IMG/VR virus record: IMGVR_UViG_3300045988_140636
Strand: one strand, 5' to 3'
From: a virus
DNA length: 64,000 bases
Below are positions 62,435 to 64,000 of the stretch, piece by piece. A program made the position numbers and the translations under genes. How positions within the stretch are numbered: the stretch's first letter is position 1; each line of letters begins with the position of its first letter. The notes under the pieces are model-generated. The model searched no databases, was not told where the DNA came from, and was given only the letters and a program-made list of their open reading frames with translations.

Positions 62435-63619
62435 TTAAAAAATATAATCACATAATATTTTAATATATTCTCCTATATATATATTACTATCAAGCTTCTC
62501 TAATTCTTCTTTGATTGCAGTAGCACATAATGTAACTATCTCATCGTCATCCACTCCTTGTTTAACCAAATCCTCATCTATTGTATACCAACATAGGAAT
62601 TCTATAAATCCTTCAGCCCACTTCTTGAACATCTCCAGTCCTTCTTCTCCCTTCCCAAATCTTCTTTCATATATAGGTATCATTCCTGCTACCCAAGATT
62701 TTATATTTATTTTACTTTCTCTAGGGATAACCACACTTCCTGTTACTAATTGAAGGGCTAAAGACTTTGCCAGACCTTTATCAAAACTATGCTTCTTTGT
62801 ATCATCTCTAAATTTTAAAGTCTGCTGTCTCTGACTTAAATCATCTTCTTCCATTAGATTATATGTATCCTTTTGTGTCAATGATTCAAACTTGGAAAAA
62901 GGCTTATACGTGTGAAGAGGAGGATCAAATCTACTATTTATTTTCTGAATCTTAGACTCCTCTATCTCTTTAAGTCTGGATTCTAACTCTGTATATTCAC
63001 TACACCCTTCTACTTCTATATCAAGGTAGTAATATTCCAATTCCTCAGTATTAGTTCCTTCAAAATTTCGAACTTCCTTGATTTGTGTGTTACCAAAACT
63101 AGGATAACAGAAACTTTCCACAATACACTTGTTAACCAATCTTCTAGTTATGGCTGCTGTATAATTCCCTCTATTATTAACTATTAAGGAAACAAAGTGA
63201 TTCCTATCCAATCCTTCCTCTTTCAGAGTTCTTATATCTGTTCCACTGAAGGAGGTATCCATGTTATTATGTGAATGGATTAATCCCATATGACAATCTA
63301 ACAGCTCAGGGTTGTTCACTACATAACTGCATACATCAGGAGACATATCAAACTCCGTATAAGCAGAACTTCCGATATCCATAACACATATATCTTCACA
63401 TTTTATGATTAGACTTCTATCTTCAAAGGATCCCTCAGATGTAAAAAATAGAACTCCGGACCACTCATCTTTCCATACCTTTCTACATATGTATATTATT
63501 TTTTCTTCTACTTTCTTCGGTATTATCATTTTATAAGTAGTAGAATTCTCGGTCATCTGAATTGTTTGTTTCTCTACTTTTTTCTGACTCGTCTCTAAGA
63601 CTTGATTTATTCCTTCCAT
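62435..63619 (-). CDS. JAB/MPN (JAMM) metalloprotease domain protein with ~200 aa C-terminal domain of unknown function; likely real start at M31 (~63529)
   Basis: JAMM motif HSHNNMDTSFSGTD (HxHx7Sx2D) with upstream Glu; 15-nt gap to E1-like gene. Confidence 0.6.
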   Translation of the reverse strand: MEGINQVLETSQKKVEKQTIQMTENSTTYKMIIPKKVEEKIIYICRKVWKDEWSGVLFFTSEGSFEDRSLIIKCEDICVMDIGSSAYTEFDMSPDVCSYVVNNPELLDCHMGLIHSHNNMDTSFSGTDIRTLKEEGLDRNHFVSLIVNNRGNYTAAITRRLVNKCIVESFCYPSFGNTQIKEVRNFEGTNTEELEYYYLDIEVEGCSEYTELESRLKEIEESKIQKINSRFDPPLHTYKPFSKFESLTQKDTYNLMEEDDLSQRQQTLKFRDDTKKHSFDKGLAKSLALQLVTGSVVIPRESKINIKSWVAGMIPIYERRFGKGEEGLEMFKKWAEGFIEFLCWYTIDEDLVKQGVDDDEIVTLCATAIKEELEKLDSNIYIGEYIKILCDYIF

Positions 63620-63971
63620 ATTTACAATTTACTAATTTTAATATTCTATTCAGTAAAAAACCTATTATCCCTGGATTTAAGATGGTAGTAATATAATTAT
63701 TAATAGTATCTCCTTCTACTATATGAACTACTACTTCTTTCCCCTTAAATGTGCCCATCACTCCTAGATTAGATTTATCAATCTCTAAAATACCCAGGAT
63801 ATTAGTGATTCTGTAAATAATACCCTTCGATACAAATACTTTGGTTAAAATATTTTCTAGAGACTCTTCCTCTTTTCTTATCATTCCTTTTTGATATATA
63901 TATCTTCCTTTGGTATTAAACCAATTGATAAATTCATTACTTACTAGTAGTATAAATTTCGTTATACTCAT
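63531..63971 (-). CDS. hypothetical protein (146 aa) immediately upstream of JAB gene (possible Ubl/beta-grasp partner, unproven)
   Basis: Tight coupling to JAB ORF; no GG terminus. Confidence 0.25.
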   Translation of the reverse strand: MSITKFILLVSNEFINWFNTKGRYIYQKGMIRKEEESLENILTKVFVSKGIIYRITNILGILEIDKSNLGVMGTFKGKEVVVHIVEGDTINNYITTILNPGIIGFLLNRILKLVNCKYGRNKSSLRDESEKSRETNNSDDREFYYL

Positions 63972-64000
63972 ACCAATAGAATAACCCCCATTTTTGTAAT

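Noticed and set aside
1-64000. tRNA genes, rRNA genes, integrase/attachment sites
   Set aside because: No cloverleaf-compatible 70-90 nt GC-richer segments found in intergenic regions; no tyrosine/serine recombinase motifs among the ORFs; intergenic spaces are explained by intron cores, promoters and terminators.

Overview
This 64 kb window is AT-rich (~33% GC), densely packed double-stranded DNA phage DNA. Features pointing to a crAss-like (Crassvirales-type) podophage, probably of a Bacteroidales host:
- giant virion-protein genes of 1345, ~2400 and 2387 aa
- an exon-spanning protein carrying a DFDVD motif, resembling the crAss-type virion RNA polymerase
- TAnnTTTG-type promoters

Layout:
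- Plus strand, ~600-30632: lysis-like genes, then a structural module (scaffold-like acidic protein, an intron-split ~500 aa capsid-sized gene, several virion proteins, a 1427 aa fibre/spike-like protein, 921-953 aa, 571 aa and 2387 aa proteins).
- Minus strand, 30731-63971: giant virion genes, then a nucleotide-metabolism and replication module (ThyX, thioredoxin, dUTPase, B12-type ribonucleotide reductase, family A DNA polymerase, uracil-DNA glycosylase, nucleases, a HicA-like toxin).
- The window ends with an E1-like (ThiF/MoeB) adenylyltransferase adjacent to a JAB/MPN metalloprotease.

Most striking is the density of self-splicing elements. I read five group I introns with recognisable P/Q/R/S core elements plus a sixth, minimal, endonuclease-free candidate; four carry homing endonucleases (GIY-YIG, 2x HNH, LAGLIDADG) and a fifth LAGLIDADG ORF lies in the UDG intron. 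They split:
- the capsid-sized structural gene (2-3 introns)
- the virion RNA polymerase gene
- the DNA polymerase, exactly between D and E of motif C
- uracil-DNA glycosylase, inside the GQD|PY motif
An HNH-containing intein also sits at the catalytic NP|CGE site of the ribonucleotide reductase.

The first ~600 nt are GC-richer and encode the C-terminal fragment of a BspA-type leucine-rich-repeat-like protein. No tRNA, rRNA or CRISPR was found. Splice-junction coordinates are read by eye and may be off by 1-2 nt.
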